Positions 1 to 10,452 of a DNA stretch of 64,000 bases are shown in pieces (the stretch's first letter is position 1; every line of letters begins with the position of its first letter). A model generated the notes under the pieces. That model was not told where the DNA came from. It did not search any database and saw only the letters and a program-made list of their open reading frames with translations. The stretch comes from an uncultured delta proteobacterium (GTDB lineage Bacteria > Desulfobacterota > Desulfobacteria > Desulfobacterales > SG8-13). Both the position numbers and the translations under genes were made by a program. The stretch lies in the NCBI GenBank assembly GCA_963787235.1, contig CAWBCG010000011.1, positions 37,561 through 101,560 of the forward strand, read 5' to 3'.

Positions 1-64
1 ACTTCTGTGCAAGAAGTAAAGATGTAAGGAAATCCCAAATTCAATATCCAATGACCCAAACAGG

Positions 65-247
65 TTTGTCATTTTGAATTTTGGTGCTTGTTGCTTGGAA
101 TTTATTATCTTGTGATGGGTTAAAGCGGCCAAATCAAACGATGGCGAATAAAATTTCGGAAATCAGCATTTTAAACCTTAAACCCTGAACCCCAAACCCT
201 GAACCAATCAGTTTAGCTATTTGTTATTTGCGATTTGGAATTTTTCA
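65..247 (+). repeat. Intergenic repeat family 3, long copy: two conserved end blocks separated by an insert
   Basis: TTTGTCATTTTGAATTTTGGT (65-85) and TTTGTTATTTGCGATTTGGAATTTTTCA (220-247) recur reverse-complemented and close together at 48864-48933. The insert carries AAACCCTGAACC twice (180-191, 194-205). Confidence 0.5.
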
Positions 248-402
248 TCGAAACTTAAAAGCTTCCTCTTCGATGAAACTTTATGCTTGCAGCCAGAGGC
301 AGTGCTGACACCTGATTCGGTTGCGGCCGACGGCCTGTATTGAGAAACACTATATCGATTTGGGGAAAAATGCAAAGTTGAAAGAGTTGATGGGATTGAT
401 CA

Positions 403-2277
403 GTGAGGAGTTACTCGAATAAATATGACGTCATTGTCGTCGGAGCCGGGCACGCCGGTTGTGAGGCCGCGCTGGTTGCCGCCCGAATGGGTTGCCGTGT
501 GCTCCTGACGGCCATCGACCTGGACAAGGTGGCGGCCATGCCGTGCAGCCCGTCCATCGGTGGTATGGCCAAGGGGCAGCTCGTTAAGGAGATCGATGCC
601 CTGGGTGGTGAAATGGCGAAGACCACGGACAAGTCGGCCATCCAGTACAAGACGCTGAACACCAAGAAAGGACCGGCGGTCCACTCTTCACGAACTCAGA
701 ACGACAAGAACCGCTATCACATGGTGATGAAGCATGTCATCGAGCAGGAACCCAACATCGATCTGAAGCAAGCCATGGTGGAGCGGCTCGTCGTTGCCGG
801 GGACAAGGTGGCCGGGGTGGAAGAGGCCACGGGCTTCGGATACCAGGCCGACACCGTGGTCCTGGCGACCGGAACTTTTCTGAGAGGCCTGGTGCACATC
901 GGTTTCAAGTCCATCAAGGCCGGGCGGGCCGGCGAGTTTGCCGCTTACGGCCTGGCCGTCGACCTCAAGCAGTTCGGATTTCAGCTGGGCCGGATGAAAA
1001 CCGGCACACCGCCGCGGTTGCGCCGATCGAGCATCGACTTCACCCGGTTTACAGAACAGGATGTCGACCCGGCCCCGACGCCGTTTTCGCACTTTACTTC
1101 CGCGATCAGCCTGCCTCAGGTCCCCAGCTACATCGGCCATACCAACCCGGGTGTTCACCGCATCGTGCGCCGCAATCTGGGGCGATCGGCCCTTTACGGC
1201 GGCGTTATCAAAGGGGTTTCGGCCCGGTACTGTCCGTCTTTTGAAGACAAAATCGTACGGTTTCCGGACCGCGAGCGGCACCAGGTGATTCTGGAACCGG
1301 AAGGCCTGGAGACGGAAGAAATCTACGCCAGTGGACTTGGAAACAGCCTGCCGTTGGAAGTTCAGAACGAGATCGTACATGCCGTGGAAGGCCTGGAGCA
1401 GGCCGAGATCATGCGACCCGCGTACGCCGTCGAATACGATTACGTCAATCCGGTCCAATTGAAGCCGACCCTGGAAACCAAGCGGATTGCCGGTCTGTTT
1501 ATGGCCGGACAGATCAACGGGACCTCCGGGTACGAGGAAGCCGCCGCCCAGGGGCTCTGGGCCGGTATAAACGCCGCCTGCCGGGTTCAGAAACGGCCGC
1601 CGTTCATTCTGGATCGCTCCCAGGCTTACATGGGCGTGATGGTCGACGACCTGGTGACCCGGGGTACCCGCGAACCCTACCGGATGTTCACCTCGCGCGC
1701 CGAATACCGGTTGATGCTGAGAGAAGACAACGCCGACTTCCGGCTGATGGAAATCGGTCATTCGCTGGGGCTGATCGATCAAGCGACCCTGCAGGACCTC
1801 GAGGACCGCCGCCGGCAGATCGCCGACGAGATACGCCGCATCCGCAGCAGCGTCATCAAGCCGACCGGCGCGGTGAACGCGTATTTGGCCGAAAAAGGAA
1901 CCAATACGATCAGCAGCGGGACTTATCTTGACCAGTTGCTCAAAAGAGCCGAGCTCGATTACGAGATTGTTAAAACAGTTGACCCGCCGCCGGTTGCGAT
2001 CGGCAAAAAAATCGCTCATCAAGTGGAAATCGACATCAAGTACGAAGGATACATCGCGCGGCAACGAAGGGAAATCGAAAAATTCCAAAATCTTGAACGG
2101 ATGCCCATTCCGTCTGACTTTGACTTCAACCGGGTGCACGGGCTCTCCAACGAACTCAAGGAAAAACTCTCGGCAGTGAAACCGGCCTCCCTCGGACAGA
2201 CGTCCCGCATCGACGGAATGACGCCGGCGGCGATTTCGGTGTTGATGGTGGCGCTCAAGGCGGGTGAGGTCCGGTAG
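403..2277 (+). CDS. mnmG: tRNA uridine 5-carboxymethylaminomethyl modification enzyme MnmG (GidA)
   Basis: 624-aa ORF. N-terminal FAD motif [16 protein letters not shown]. Family-typical blocks throughout ([58 protein letters not shown]). Confidence 0.95.
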   Translation: MRSYSNKYDVIVVGAGHAGCEAALVAARMGCRVLLTAIDLDKVAAMPCSPSIGGMAKGQLVKEIDALGGEMAKTTDKSAIQYKTLNTKKGPAVHSSRTQNDKNRYHMVMKHVIEQEPNIDLKQAMVERLVVAGDKVAGVEEATGFGYQADTVVLATGTFLRGLVHIGFKSIKAGRAGEFAAYGLAVDLKQFGFQLGRMKTGTPPRLRRSSIDFTRFTEQDVDPAPTPFSHFTSAISLPQVPSYIGHTNPGVHRIVRRNLGRSALYGGVIKGVSARYCPSFEDKIVRFPDRERHQVILEPEGLETEEIYASGLGNSLPLEVQNEIVHAVEGLEQAEIMRPAYAVEYDYVNPVQLKPTLETKRIAGLFMAGQINGTSGYEEAAAQGLWAGINAACRVQKRPPFILDRSQAYMGVMVDDLVTRGTREPYRMFTSRAEYRLMLREDNADFRLMEIGHSLGLIDQATLQDLEDRRRQIADEIRRIRSSVIKPTGAVNAYLAEKGTNTISSGTYLDQLLKRAELDYEIVKTVDPPPVAIGKKIAHQVEIDIKYEGYIARQRREIEKFQNLERMPIPSDFDFNRVHGLSNELKEKLSAVKPASLGQTSRIDGMTPAAISVLMVALKAGEVR

Positions 2278-2346
2278 CCCGGCAGCTATTTGCTCCCGTC
2301 ATTGCGGTCAGCCGGATGCCTGAGCTTACCCTCTTCGGCAGGCAAC

Positions 2347-2376
2347 TTGACAATCAAAGTTTGTATTTTATATTAT
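2347..2376 (+). promoter_or_regulatory. Candidate sigma-70 promoter (TTGACA-N18-TATTAT) upstream of the J-protein gene
   Basis: TTGACA at 2347-2352 and TATTAT at 2371-2376, about 185 nt upstream of the ATG at 2562. Sequence match only. Confidence 0.35.
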
Positions 2377-2561
2377 TTCCCCTGGAATTAAATATTATCA
2401 ACAGGTTATAGGAGACCCGCACGGCTTGACGGTTTTTTCTGCCTTCAGGAATATTAAGACGTTGCGGGGACAAAATGGGGCGAAAACATCCGGTGTACGA
2501 CGGCACCTTGGCAAGATGGTGAGGTACGAGAGAAGTTTTCCCATAGACGAGAGGCATAAAA

Positions 2562-3473
2562 ATGGCCGAAGATTATTACGACATTCTCGGAGTGAGCAAA
2601 AGCGCTTCGGACGCAGAAATCAAAAAAGCGTATCGCAAGCTTGCGATGAAGTATCACCCCGATCACGCCAAAGACGACAAGTCCGCTGAGGATAGATTCA
2701 AGAAAATCAGTGAAGCCTATGCCGTGCTAAGCGACAAAGAAAAACGCAAACAGTACGATACTTACGGCTCCGAGGGGTTCAGCCAGCGGTTTTCACAGGA
2801 GGACATCTTCCGGGGTTTCGACTTCAGCGACATCCTGCGGGAATTCGGAATCGGCGGCCGCGGTGGAAATGTACGTTTCACTTACGGTTCCGGCAACCCA
2901 TTCGGCGGCGGCTCACCTTTCGGTAATTCCGGCCAACAGCCGCGACAGGTCAAGGGGTCGGACCTCGTCTACGAGCTTCCCTTGACGCTTCAGGAAGTTA
3001 TAAACGGTACCCGCAAGACCATCAGTTTCGATCATAAGGGTCGCTCGGAGAGGATCACGGTAAAAATTCCAAAAGGAATGACGACCGGCAAGAAACTGCG
3101 CCTGGCCGGAAAGGGCGAGGCGAGCCCATATGGCGGACCGATGGGCGATCTTTATGTTCAAGCCAAAATTATAGATGACCCCACGTTCAGCGTGGAAGGT
3201 CAGGATTTGACCACCAACCGCGACATCAAACTGAGCGAGGCTCTTCTCGGCACGACCCTATCCATTCCGACCCCGGACGGAAAAGAGCTAAGTCTAAAAG
3301 TGCCGCCGGGGACCCGTCACGGCACAAAAATGCGGCTATCCGGTCACGGTCTACCAAGCATGCAGGGCGGCAAGCGGGGCAATCTATACGTCCGCATTCA
3401 CATCGTTATCCCCAAGAAACTGACCAGCGACCAGAAGGATCTTATCCGGAATTTGGCACAATCGGGCCTGTAA
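2562..3473 (+). CDS. DnaJ-family co-chaperone, CbpA-like (J domain, G/F-rich linker, DnaJ C-terminal domains, no zinc finger)
   Basis: DYYDILGV...[15 protein letters not shown] domain with HPD motif. Gly-rich linker. No CxxCxGxG repeats. C-terminal GDLYV...I.IP-type DnaJ_C blocks. Confidence 0.85.
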   Translation: MAEDYYDILGVSKSASDAEIKKAYRKLAMKYHPDHAKDDKSAEDRFKKISEAYAVLSDKEKRKQYDTYGSEGFSQRFSQEDIFRGFDFSDILREFGIGGRGGNVRFTYGSGNPFGGGSPFGNSGQQPRQVKGSDLVYELPLTLQEVINGTRKTISFDHKGRSERITVKIPKGMTTGKKLRLAGKGEASPYGGPMGDLYVQAKIIDDPTFSVEGQDLTTNRDIKLSEALLGTTLSIPTPDGKELSLKVPPGTRHGTKMRLSGHGLPSMQGGKRGNLYVRIHIVIPKKLTSDQKDLIRNLAQSGL

Positions 3474-3582
3474 TTCTTTAAAATTATTGACAAGAAGAGC
3501 CTTTTTGTGGCAATATTGACATTGTATTACGCGGTAATGGTCCAGATGATGTCGCTGAATCGAGTGGGAAGTTTCCAAAACG

Positions 3583-4101
3583 ATGCCAGACCTCAAACCC
3601 GTCTTGAGTCAGGAAGAAATCGAAACGACGGTATCCGATCTCGCGCAGCAAATATCACATGACTACAAAGGCCGTGAAGTCATTCTGGTTGGCGTTCTGA
3701 AGGGGGCCTTCGTTTTTCTGGCCGATCTTATCCGACATCTGACAATTCCGGTTAAAATCGATTTTATTCAGCTCGCCAGCTACGGATGCAACACTAGTTC
3801 CAGCGGTACCGTCTGCCTGACCAAAGAAATCGAAATCGATATCGGCGGCAAAGATATACTCGTCGTTGAGGATATTGTCGACACCGGTCTTTCACTCGAA
3901 TTCTTAATCGGCCATTTGAAGACGCTTAATGCCAAAAGTGTGCGGCTTTGCGCCCTGATCGACAAACGCGAAAGACGTCAAGGTAACATTACTGTCGATT
4001 ATGTCGGCCGCATCGTCGAGAAGGGTTTTTTAGTCGGCTACGGTCTCGACTATGCCGAGAGATACCGTCATTTGCCCGCTATTTATGATCTGCAAATCTA
4101 A
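3583..4101 (+). CDS. hpt: Hypoxanthine phosphoribosyltransferase
   Basis: 172-aa ORF. PRPP-binding motif ILVVEDIVDTGLSL. C-terminal FLVGYGLDYAERYRHLP typical of Hpt. Confidence 0.9.
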   Translation: MPDLKPVLSQEEIETTVSDLAQQISHDYKGREVILVGVLKGAFVFLADLIRHLTIPVKIDFIQLASYGCNTSSSGTVCLTKEIEIDIGGKDILVVEDIVDTGLSLEFLIGHLKTLNAKSVRLCALIDKRERRQGNITVDYVGRIVEKGFLVGYGLDYAERYRHLPAIYDLQI

Positions 4102-4116
4102 TCGTTGGGGACAGCC

Positions 4117-6516
4117 ATGATCTTAACCTGTGAAAAGTGCGATACGAGTTTCAGCTTTGATGAGAATCTGATCAAACCATCCGGATCAAAAGTCCGTTGC
4201 TCCAAGTGCCGGAATGTTTTTGTCGTTCATCCGCCCGCACCGACGGAGCAGGAAGACAGCGTGTCGGAAGACCTGCCTTCCGACACGGCCGCGGCTGCGG
4301 GGGAAACGGGTCTAGATGATCTGGACTTGGCCGCCATCGAGAAATCGCTCGATCTGGACATCGACCAAGAGCCGGATGCGGGCCTTGCGACTGCAGGCGA
4401 TGTCGCGATGGACGATAACGATCTTAATTTAGACGCGGCTGATTTTGGAGCTGCCGCGGACATCGGCGCAATAACCGCTGATAGCGACACCGACGATCTG
4501 AATTTCGAGCTTGATATCGATTCGCTCGCAGATGACAATGCCATTACCACCGGCGTCACCGGCGGGTCTACCGAAACGATGGATTTCGATCTGGATCTTG
4601 ACTTCGACGATCTTGACAGCGAAACGGCCGATGCCGAGGCGACCGGGCCGGCCACCGATGAAATCGATTTCGACCTCGACTTTGAGGGCCTCGAAGATAC
4701 TGCTGCAGATTCAAAGGACGCTCGATCGGCCGAAGGTACCGCTGAGGCGGACACCGGGTCGGAAGATGATCTTGATTTCGAACTCGATATGGATTTAGAC
4801 AATGCCGCCGACGACTCGGAATCGGACTCCCTCGACTTCGAATTGGATCGGGGTTCGGAGGAAAAATCGGTCGTGTCCGATGTGAAAGTTGAATTCGACG
4901 AAACCCAGGAACTCGACCTGTCCGATGTGGACAGTCTGCTTGACTTGGGCCACGACGAGACCGGTGCACCGGCAGAAGGCGATCAAGCGGAGGATTTGGA
5001 TTTGGAGCTCGATCTGGAAGCCGATGCACCTGCGGAGAAGGATACGGCAGCCGGTACGGAGGCAACCGAAGAACTGGATCTGGCGGAGCTCGAAGAGATG
5101 ATCGAAAAGGCCGAAGAGACTGCGCTGTCGCAGGATTCCATACACGACGATGCCGAATTAGACCTCGATCTCAATTTGGATCCTGCATTCGATGCTGTCG
5201 AAGAAAAAACAAACGTTGCTGCACCGGACGATGTCGAAATAACCGACGAATTCGACTTGACCGGACTGGACGAGCTGTTGGAAGAAGACGCTGTTGAGGC
5301 CCCGGTCGACCAGAAAAGCGCGGAATCAAAATCGCCGGCGATCCAAACGGGCTTGACCGACGAACTGACCCTGGCAAACGAAGATGCCGGTGCCGTTGAC
5401 CTCGACGACATGCTCGAGCTGGCGCAGGAAGAACCGGAAGCGGAAGTGGAAGGCGTGTCGGCTGAGTCGACCGAAGAATTTGACCTGGAATTCGACTCCG
5501 ACGAATCCGATGCGGCAGACACCTCAATTGAGGCGCCGGAAACGGCGGCATCAGATGACATTGAGGATGCAGAATTTGACTTGTCGAACCTGGACGACAT
5601 GCTTGAACTCGCTGAAGAGCCGTCGGGCGATGCGTCACAGACAGAAGATGACGACATTGACCTTCAGTTCGACCTGGAGGAGATGCCCGTTCCAGACGCT
5701 GAAACCGATGCCGAAACCGCCGCCCGCGCGGCCGGCGATCTGGAGTTCGAAGTCGAAGAAGAGGACGATTACGCAGCAGAGCCGGCACCGGCTGCAGCGA
5801 CTGCGTCTGAGGGGGATGCCGTTGCCGACACCTTTGATATGGGCGCGCTTTCCGAAGATGGAAAAGATCTCGATACCGACAGCAAGGAGGCGTATCCTGA
5901 AACCGAAGAATTGGAAGAGGCCGTACTAGCCGAGACCGCGAAGAAACAAGGCGGCGGCATGATGCGTGCGCTTTTCGTGCTGGTTCTTCTGGTGGCCGTG
6001 GGCGCCGGAGCAATCTTCGCAGCGCAGTATTTAGGCATCGACATACCCTACCTCGACAAGTTAAAGGGTGTTAAAATCCCTTATGTCAGTGATCTGTTAG
6101 GGCCGAAGTTTGAAGATGCCGGGAACCTGAAAATCGCCATCGATGAAAAAGACGTTAACGGGCGTTTCGTCAAAAATGAAAACCTTGGAGCGCTTTATGT
6201 CGTTAGCGGTAAGGTGAAAAACGACTATGATGATTCCCGCAGTGCTATTCGTGTCATCGGCAAGATCTATTCCAAAGGGCGCAAACTCGAGCTCGAAAAA
6301 ACCGTCTATGCCGGAAATGTCTTGTCCGACGATGTTTTGAGTGCAATAGACCAGGCGGGCATCGACCAAAAGCTACAAAACCGTTTCGGTCAAGAGAGAA
6401 AAAATTTGGATGTCAAGAAAGGCGCAACAGTGCCGTTTATGATCGTTTTCTCAAATTTGCCCAAGGATCCGGACGAATACACCGTCGAAGTGGCTGATTC
6501 TCAGAAGGCCAAATAG
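4117..6516 (+). CDS. Zinc-ribbon (MJ0042-type) / DUF3426 membrane protein with a very long D/E-rich repeat region
   Basis: ATG at 4117 preceded by GGGGA; the ORF track extends to TTG 4105. Two CxxC pairs (CEKCDTSF...CSKCRNVF). Roughly 600 aa of acidic low complexity with recurring DLDFELD-like units. One TM helix (ALFVLVLLVAVGAGAIFAA). C-terminal beta domain of DUF3426 type. Confidence 0.8.
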   Translation: MILTCEKCDTSFSFDENLIKPSGSKVRCSKCRNVFVVHPPAPTEQEDSVSEDLPSDTAAAAGETGLDDLDLAAIEKSLDLDIDQEPDAGLATAGDVAMDDNDLNLDAADFGAAADIGAITADSDTDDLNFELDIDSLADDNAITTGVTGGSTETMDFDLDLDFDDLDSETADAEATGPATDEIDFDLDFEGLEDTAADSKDARSAEGTAEADTGSEDDLDFELDMDLDNAADDSESDSLDFELDRGSEEKSVVSDVKVEFDETQELDLSDVDSLLDLGHDETGAPAEGDQAEDLDLELDLEADAPAEKDTAAGTEATEELDLAELEEMIEKAEETALSQDSIHDDAELDLDLNLDPAFDAVEEKTNVAAPDDVEITDEFDLTGLDELLEEDAVEAPVDQKSAESKSPAIQTGLTDELTLANEDAGAVDLDDMLELAQEEPEAEVEGVSAESTEEFDLEFDSDESDAADTSIEAPETAASDDIEDAEFDLSNLDDMLELAEEPSGDASQTEDDDIDLQFDLEEMPVPDAETDAETAARAAGDLEFEVEEEDDYAAEPAPAAATASEGDAVADTFDMGALSEDGKDLDTDSKEAYPETEELEEAVLAETAKKQGGGMMRALFVLVLLVAVGAGAIFAAQYLGIDIPYLDKLKGVKIPYVSDLLGPKFEDAGNLKIAIDEKDVNGRFVKNENLGALYVVSGKVKNDYDDSRSAIRVIGKIYSKGRKLELEKTVYAGNVLSDDVLSAIDQAGIDQKLQNRFGQERKNLDVKKGATVPFMIVFSNLPKDPDEYTVEVADSQKAK

Positions 6517-6828
6517 GATCGATATCTTAGGGCTCACTGGAATCGCCTCAGCAGCGCACCAACGTTCGTCTCCGTACCACGTCCCGGCATTTTAAAACCG
6601 TGCGGATATCGTCCGATTCGCGGGTTGGTCACCGATCAGTGCATTCTAAATCCCCGGCCTATAAAACAATGGACTGCCGCCGAACAGCCCTTTTCATTTT
6701 AAGATGAAAACGCCTTGAGCAGGCCCAGGGGTTTTCTTCTTGACTACAGGGAGGGGAGTTGCTAAAAGGGCCGTTGCCGAAAGCGGTGCAAAACGGCGTC
6801 GGTGGTACGCATTTATCAATAATGACAT

Positions 6829-6905
6829 GGCGATGTAGCTCAGTCGGTTAGAGCATGCGGCTCATATCCGCAGTGTCCGGGGTTCGAATCCCTGCATCGC
6901 CACCA
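6829..6905 (+). tRNA. tRNA-Met (anticodon CAT), elongator-like; tRNA-Ile2 (lysidine) not excluded
   Basis: Manual cloverleaf: acceptor GGCGATG/CATCGCC, D arm GCTC..GAGC, anticodon stem TGCGG/CCGCA with loop CTCATAT (CAT at 6863-6865), T arm CGGGG-TTCGAAT-CCCTG, encoded CCA. Confidence 0.9.
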
Positions 6906-6923
6906 ATAAATGAAATAAATAAA

Positions 6924-6950
6924 GCCCCCTAAAAAAGGGGGTTTTATTTA
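6924..6950. terminator. Bidirectional intrinsic terminator between tRNA-Met and the convergent PurD-like gene
   Basis: GCCCCCT-AAAAAA-GGGGG hairpin, flanked by an A-rich tract on the left and TTTTATTTATTTT on the right. Confidence 0.55.
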
Positions 6951-8453
6951 TTTTGAAGGGAAGATTTTTTCCGCTTTTTTATAATGCAGGCCGATGTCCC
7001 GGCGCAGATCGAGCCGGTTGCCTTCCGGGTTTTCGCGGGGAATGACCCGGATTTTGCCGTTGTCGAAAGCGGCCAGCAGTTTCTGGCGCAGCCGTTCAGC
7101 GACTTCGCCGCGCCGATCGGTGTCCTTGATGGTGACATTTCCGTTGAGGAAGGCGACCCGGGTGCCGTCGGATTTGAAGACCTCGCCTTCGTTGGCTACG
7201 GTCATCGCTGAGGGAATGACCTGTATGGCTTTACGCTTGAGGTATTTGAAATCTATTTCCAGAGGTTCGCCCTTGGTGCAGGACCAGGGATAGCCTTTTT
7301 GACCGTCAGGTCCACCCGGGCCGGTGACAAGGGCGATGCAGACCGCAACCTGGTCATCGCGAACCTCCGGGTAGACATCCTTGAGGCGTCCTTCGGCGGT
7401 AGCCTCGATCAAGGCGCCCAGGTTGCGGATCCGCCGGGCCACCGGCTGGGCTTCGGGCTCACCGGGCCGGATGTTGATTTCCGATACGCGGATCCGGGCC
7501 GGTCGCATGTTCGCGTCCAGGGAAACGAAACAGCCCGGGTAAAGAATGCAGGGGCGCAGGATTTTTTGCGCTTGCATGGCTTTTATTAACGGCTTGGCGA
7601 TGACATCTCCGGCCATTTCGATCAACTCGGGGGTCTCCATCGGGTGGGGGGAAATGGCACCGACGCCGCCGGTGATGGGATTGTCTTTGCCCGCCGGTCC
7701 TTCGAAGCGTTCCGGATAATCCATGGCTGTGGGCAGAACCTGAAAATCCCCGTTGGCATCCACAAGAATGGTGAAGCTGATTTCCGCCCCGGACATCAAG
7801 GATTCAATCAACAGCGGCCAGGGACCTTTTTTGCCGAACTGGAGCCGATAGGGCTCCTTGTAGTCGCTGATCAGGGTCTCGTAGACTTCCCTGATCAGCC
7901 ATGAGTTGCGGATGATTCGCGCACCCTTGCCGCCCGCGCTGAAGGGATATTTGAGAACCGCACCACCGTAGGTATCCATCAGTTTCAGGCAGATTTTCAG
8001 CACGCTTTTGTAATCACGGGCATCGACCTCGAACCATTCGGGGGCTACCGGTATGCCGGCTTCCCGGCACAAGCTTTTGCACCTGAGTTTGTCACCTTCG
8101 ATAAAAGCGCCGGCCTTGGCGAGGCCGATGATGCGGTCACCGAAGCCTGCCGCCTCAACGTCATCCACGAGCCCGTCGAAAAGCAGCGCCTCGGGCATCG
8201 GGATCACGTAGTCGATTTCATCCGCTCTCATCGCCCGGATCAGGCTTTCGGCATAGTCAGCGATCGAGTTGCTGGCGGTCGGAATGAAGTCAACCGGCCA
8301 GTTCATCAGTTCGGCAAATTTGGGCATCGCCGGGGTGCCGCGTACGACGACGCCCTGATAGACGTCAGGATTCACATCACTTTTAGCGGTGGAGACGATC
8401 AGGGCCGACAGGATTGTCCGGCCGTCGGTGCCGGCGAACGCGATTTTTTTCAT
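6948..8453 (-). CDS. Phosphoribosylamine--glycine ligase-like ATP-grasp protein (divergent, long PurD-like)
   Basis: 501-aa ORF. ATP-grasp layout. NPITGGVGAISPHP resembles the PurD GGMGAYSP block. The N-terminus and length differ from canonical PurD. Confidence 0.65.
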   Translation of the reverse strand: MKKIAFAGTDGRTILSALIVSTAKSDVNPDVYQGVVVRGTPAMPKFAELMNWPVDFIPTASNSIADYAESLIRAMRADEIDYVIPMPEALLFDGLVDDVEAAGFGDRIIGLAKAGAFIEGDKLRCKSLCREAGIPVAPEWFEVDARDYKSVLKICLKLMDTYGGAVLKYPFSAGGKGARIIRNSWLIREVYETLISDYKEPYRLQFGKKGPWPLLIESLMSGAEISFTILVDANGDFQVLPTAMDYPERFEGPAGKDNPITGGVGAISPHPMETPELIEMAGDVIAKPLIKAMQAQKILRPCILYPGCFVSLDANMRPARIRVSEINIRPGEPEAQPVARRIRNLGALIEATAEGRLKDVYPEVRDDQVAVCIALVTGPGGPDGQKGYPWSCTKGEPLEIDFKYLKRKAIQVIPSAMTVANEGEVFKSDGTRVAFLNGNVTIKDTDRRGEVAERLRQKLLAAFDNGKIRVIPRENPEGNRLDLRRDIGLHYKKAEKIFPSK

Positions 8454-8765
8454 GCAGCCATTATTCCTTTCCGGGCGGTTGTGGTTGTTCTGTGTAGCAA
8501 AATACAGCCCGGAGGGTCAAATTATAATTCGTTTCCGTTTTTTCTTGGAGGGCGTTTAGGGGATTCGCACTTGATAACGGCAATAAAGATGTATTATAAA
8601 TTATTGTCACATAGGTTGAGCCGTTAAGGGTTCAACGTTCTGAGTTGAAAAGCCTTTAAACAGCTCATATCGACATAATTCTGGCTTCATGGTATTTATA
8701 AATGGACCTACGGGTTGGATACCCATGGTTTTGTGCATGGCCGCAACTTCCTGTGGAGGCCACCG

Positions 8766-9158
8766 ATGCTTGCAGGATTTGACAAGATAGTCGAAGAACG
8801 GATTCGTGATGCGCAGCGGCGCGGGATGTTCAATCATCTCGAGGGTGCCGGCAAACCGCTCAAACCGGACGAGTTCGCCAACGTTCCGGAAGAGCTTCGC
8901 ATGGCCTACAAGATCCTGAAAAATGCCGACATGCTCCCCCCTGAAATAGAACTCAAAAAAGAAATCATTCAGACCGAAGACCTTCTGCGCGGCATGGGCG
9001 ATACGGCCGAAAAATACCGGACCATCAAAAAACTCAACTTCCTGATCTTGAAGCTGAACAGCATGCGCAGCGGATCGATCGAGTTTGAGATTCCCCAGTA
9101 CTACGAGAATAAAATGATCGACCGGCTCGAGAAGACCAGGCCGGGCACTAAACGCTGA
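8766..9158 (+). CDS. DUF1992 (DnaJC28-like) domain protein
   Basis: ATG 8766 preceded by GGAGG (8755-8759). IVEERIRDAQRRGMFNHLEGAGKPL...ILKNADMLPPEIELKKEI matches the DUF1992 pattern. The ORF-track start at 8715 is probably too early. Confidence 0.7.
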   Translation: MLAGFDKIVEERIRDAQRRGMFNHLEGAGKPLKPDEFANVPEELRMAYKILKNADMLPPEIELKKEIIQTEDLLRGMGDTAEKYRTIKKLNFLILKLNSMRSGSIEFEIPQYYENKMIDRLEKTRPGTKR

Positions 9159-9191
9159 GCCTGCGGTCGGTCCCAGAGGAAGGAATGCGCC

Positions 9192-10124
9192 ATGAAAAAA
9201 CTGACCGTGGCCCTGCTGTCCGGAGGTATATCTTCGGAAAGAGAGGTGTCGCTTAACAGCGGCAATCAGGTCTTTGAGGCCCTCGACAAAAAAAAGTACG
9301 ATGTCCTCCGCTATGACCCGAAAACGGATCTGCAGCGTCTCGTCGCCGATGCCCCGAAGATCGATGTCGCCATGATCATCCTGCATGGCCCATTCGGCGA
9401 AGACGGAACGGTCCAGGGACTGCTCGACCTGTTGGGTATTCCTTACCAGGGTTCCGGGGTGCTGGGCAGCGCCGTCGCCATGAACAAATTGATGTCCAAG
9501 CAACTGTATCAACAGGTGGGGTTGCCGGTGCCGTCTTATCTGGCGCTCAAACGCTCGGATACGGTCGATCCTGCCGGTATCGCCGCGCGGCTGGGACTGC
9601 CGGTTGTGATCAAACCGGTTCAAGGCGGCTCGAGTGTCGGCATGTCGATCGTCCGATCGGAAAAAGAACTGCCGGGTGCGATCCAAAAAGCATTCGACTA
9701 CGACACTACGGTGCTTGTCGAAGCCTACATCGACGGAATCGAGATCACCGGGGGTGTGCTGGGTAACAGTGATCCCGTGGCCTTGCCGCTGATTGAAATC
9801 ATTCCCGACAAGAGCCATGAGTTTTTCGACTACGAAGCGAAATACACCGCCGGTGTCACCCAGGAGATCTGTCCGGCCCGCATCGACGCGGCCTTGACCG
9901 AAAAAGCCCGTACCTACGCGGTGATGGCCCACGAGGCCCTCGGCTGCAAGGGCTACAGCCGGACCGACCTGATGCTGAAAGGCCGCGATCTCTTCGTGCT
10001 CGAAACCAACACGATTCCGGGCATGACGGCCACCAGCCTCTTTCCACAGGCTGCCGCCGCCGCCGGTTTGCCGTTCGGTCAGCTCCTGGACCGGTTAATC
10101 GAACTGGGTCTGGAAGGTCGCTAA
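9192..10124 (+). CDS. ddl: D-alanine--D-alanine ligase
   Basis: 310-aa ORF. GGISSEREVSLNSG, HGPFGEDGTVQGLLDLLGIPYQGSGV, VIKPVQGGSSVGMSIV and NTIPGMT blocks typical of Ddl. Confidence 0.95.
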   Translation: MKKLTVALLSGGISSEREVSLNSGNQVFEALDKKKYDVLRYDPKTDLQRLVADAPKIDVAMIILHGPFGEDGTVQGLLDLLGIPYQGSGVLGSAVAMNKLMSKQLYQQVGLPVPSYLALKRSDTVDPAGIAARLGLPVVIKPVQGGSSVGMSIVRSEKELPGAIQKAFDYDTTVLVEAYIDGIEITGGVLGNSDPVALPLIEIIPDKSHEFFDYEAKYTAGVTQEICPARIDAALTEKARTYAVMAHEALGCKGYSRTDLMLKGRDLFVLETNTIPGMTATSLFPQAAAAAGLPFGQLLDRLIELGLEGR

Positions 10125-10127
10125 GCG

Positions 10128-10316
10128 TTCACAGGGCACCGCATCTGCTTTGTTGTCGGGCACTTGAAGTACAACAGTACGTCTGCGCGCCCGACGCCTT
10201 GCATCTGCCTGCCCCGTGAAATGCGAAGCCTATTTCACCGGGGCGGCACCCTGTAAACGATTACAATTAGGTGGTTTGAAGCGCATCGGACGTTGCAACC
10301 CTGTGAACGGTTACAA
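10128..10316 (+). repeat. MITE-like repeat family 2, copy 1 (terminal inverted repeat TTCACAGGG...CCCTGTGAA)
   Basis: Starts 4 nt after the ddl stop. Near-identical reverse-complement copy at 42910-43099. Internal hairpins GTCGGGC...GCCCGAC and CCCCGTGAAAT...ATTTCACCGGGG. Confidence 0.75.
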
Positions 10317-10452
10317 AAAGTCAGTTCGCCATCCTGGGCGTTGCGGCACCCGACCGGCAAGGCGTGAAAACTCGGCCTGGTCATCTATTCCGAGCCTTCG
10401 CAAGACAGTCGGAAGGGATGCTTTGCCGTCAAAAAGGCGATCGCCTTTTTGA

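Noticed and set aside
180-205. Telomere-like AAACCCT strings
   Set aside because: There are only two tandem 12-mers inside an intergenic repeat. They have no extended array or terminal position.
1-402. Replication origin next to mnmG (gidA)
   Set aside because: I found no cluster of DnaA-box-like 9-mers (TTATCCACA or its complement) and no AT-rich unwinding repeats. The region is instead occupied by the family-3 repeat.
688-2139. 483-aa ORF antisense to mnmG, plus smaller overlapping ORFs
   Set aside because: It is fully contained in the strongly supported mnmG gene and has no motifs. It is a GC-rich antisense artefact.
4227-6044. Several 90-280-aa ORFs, in other frames and on the minus strand, inside the acidic-repeat gene
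   Set aside because: The products are Ser/Arg/Pro low-complexity strings generated by the GA(T/C)/GAA-rich repeats. The sense frame has clear zinc-ribbon, TM and DUF3426 features.
8607-9932. 441-aa ORF on the minus strand
   Set aside because: It runs antisense to two well-supported genes (the DUF1992 protein and ddl). Its composition is R/G/H/F-rich and non-protein-like, with no recognisable motifs. This is a typical shadow ORF in GC-rich DNA.
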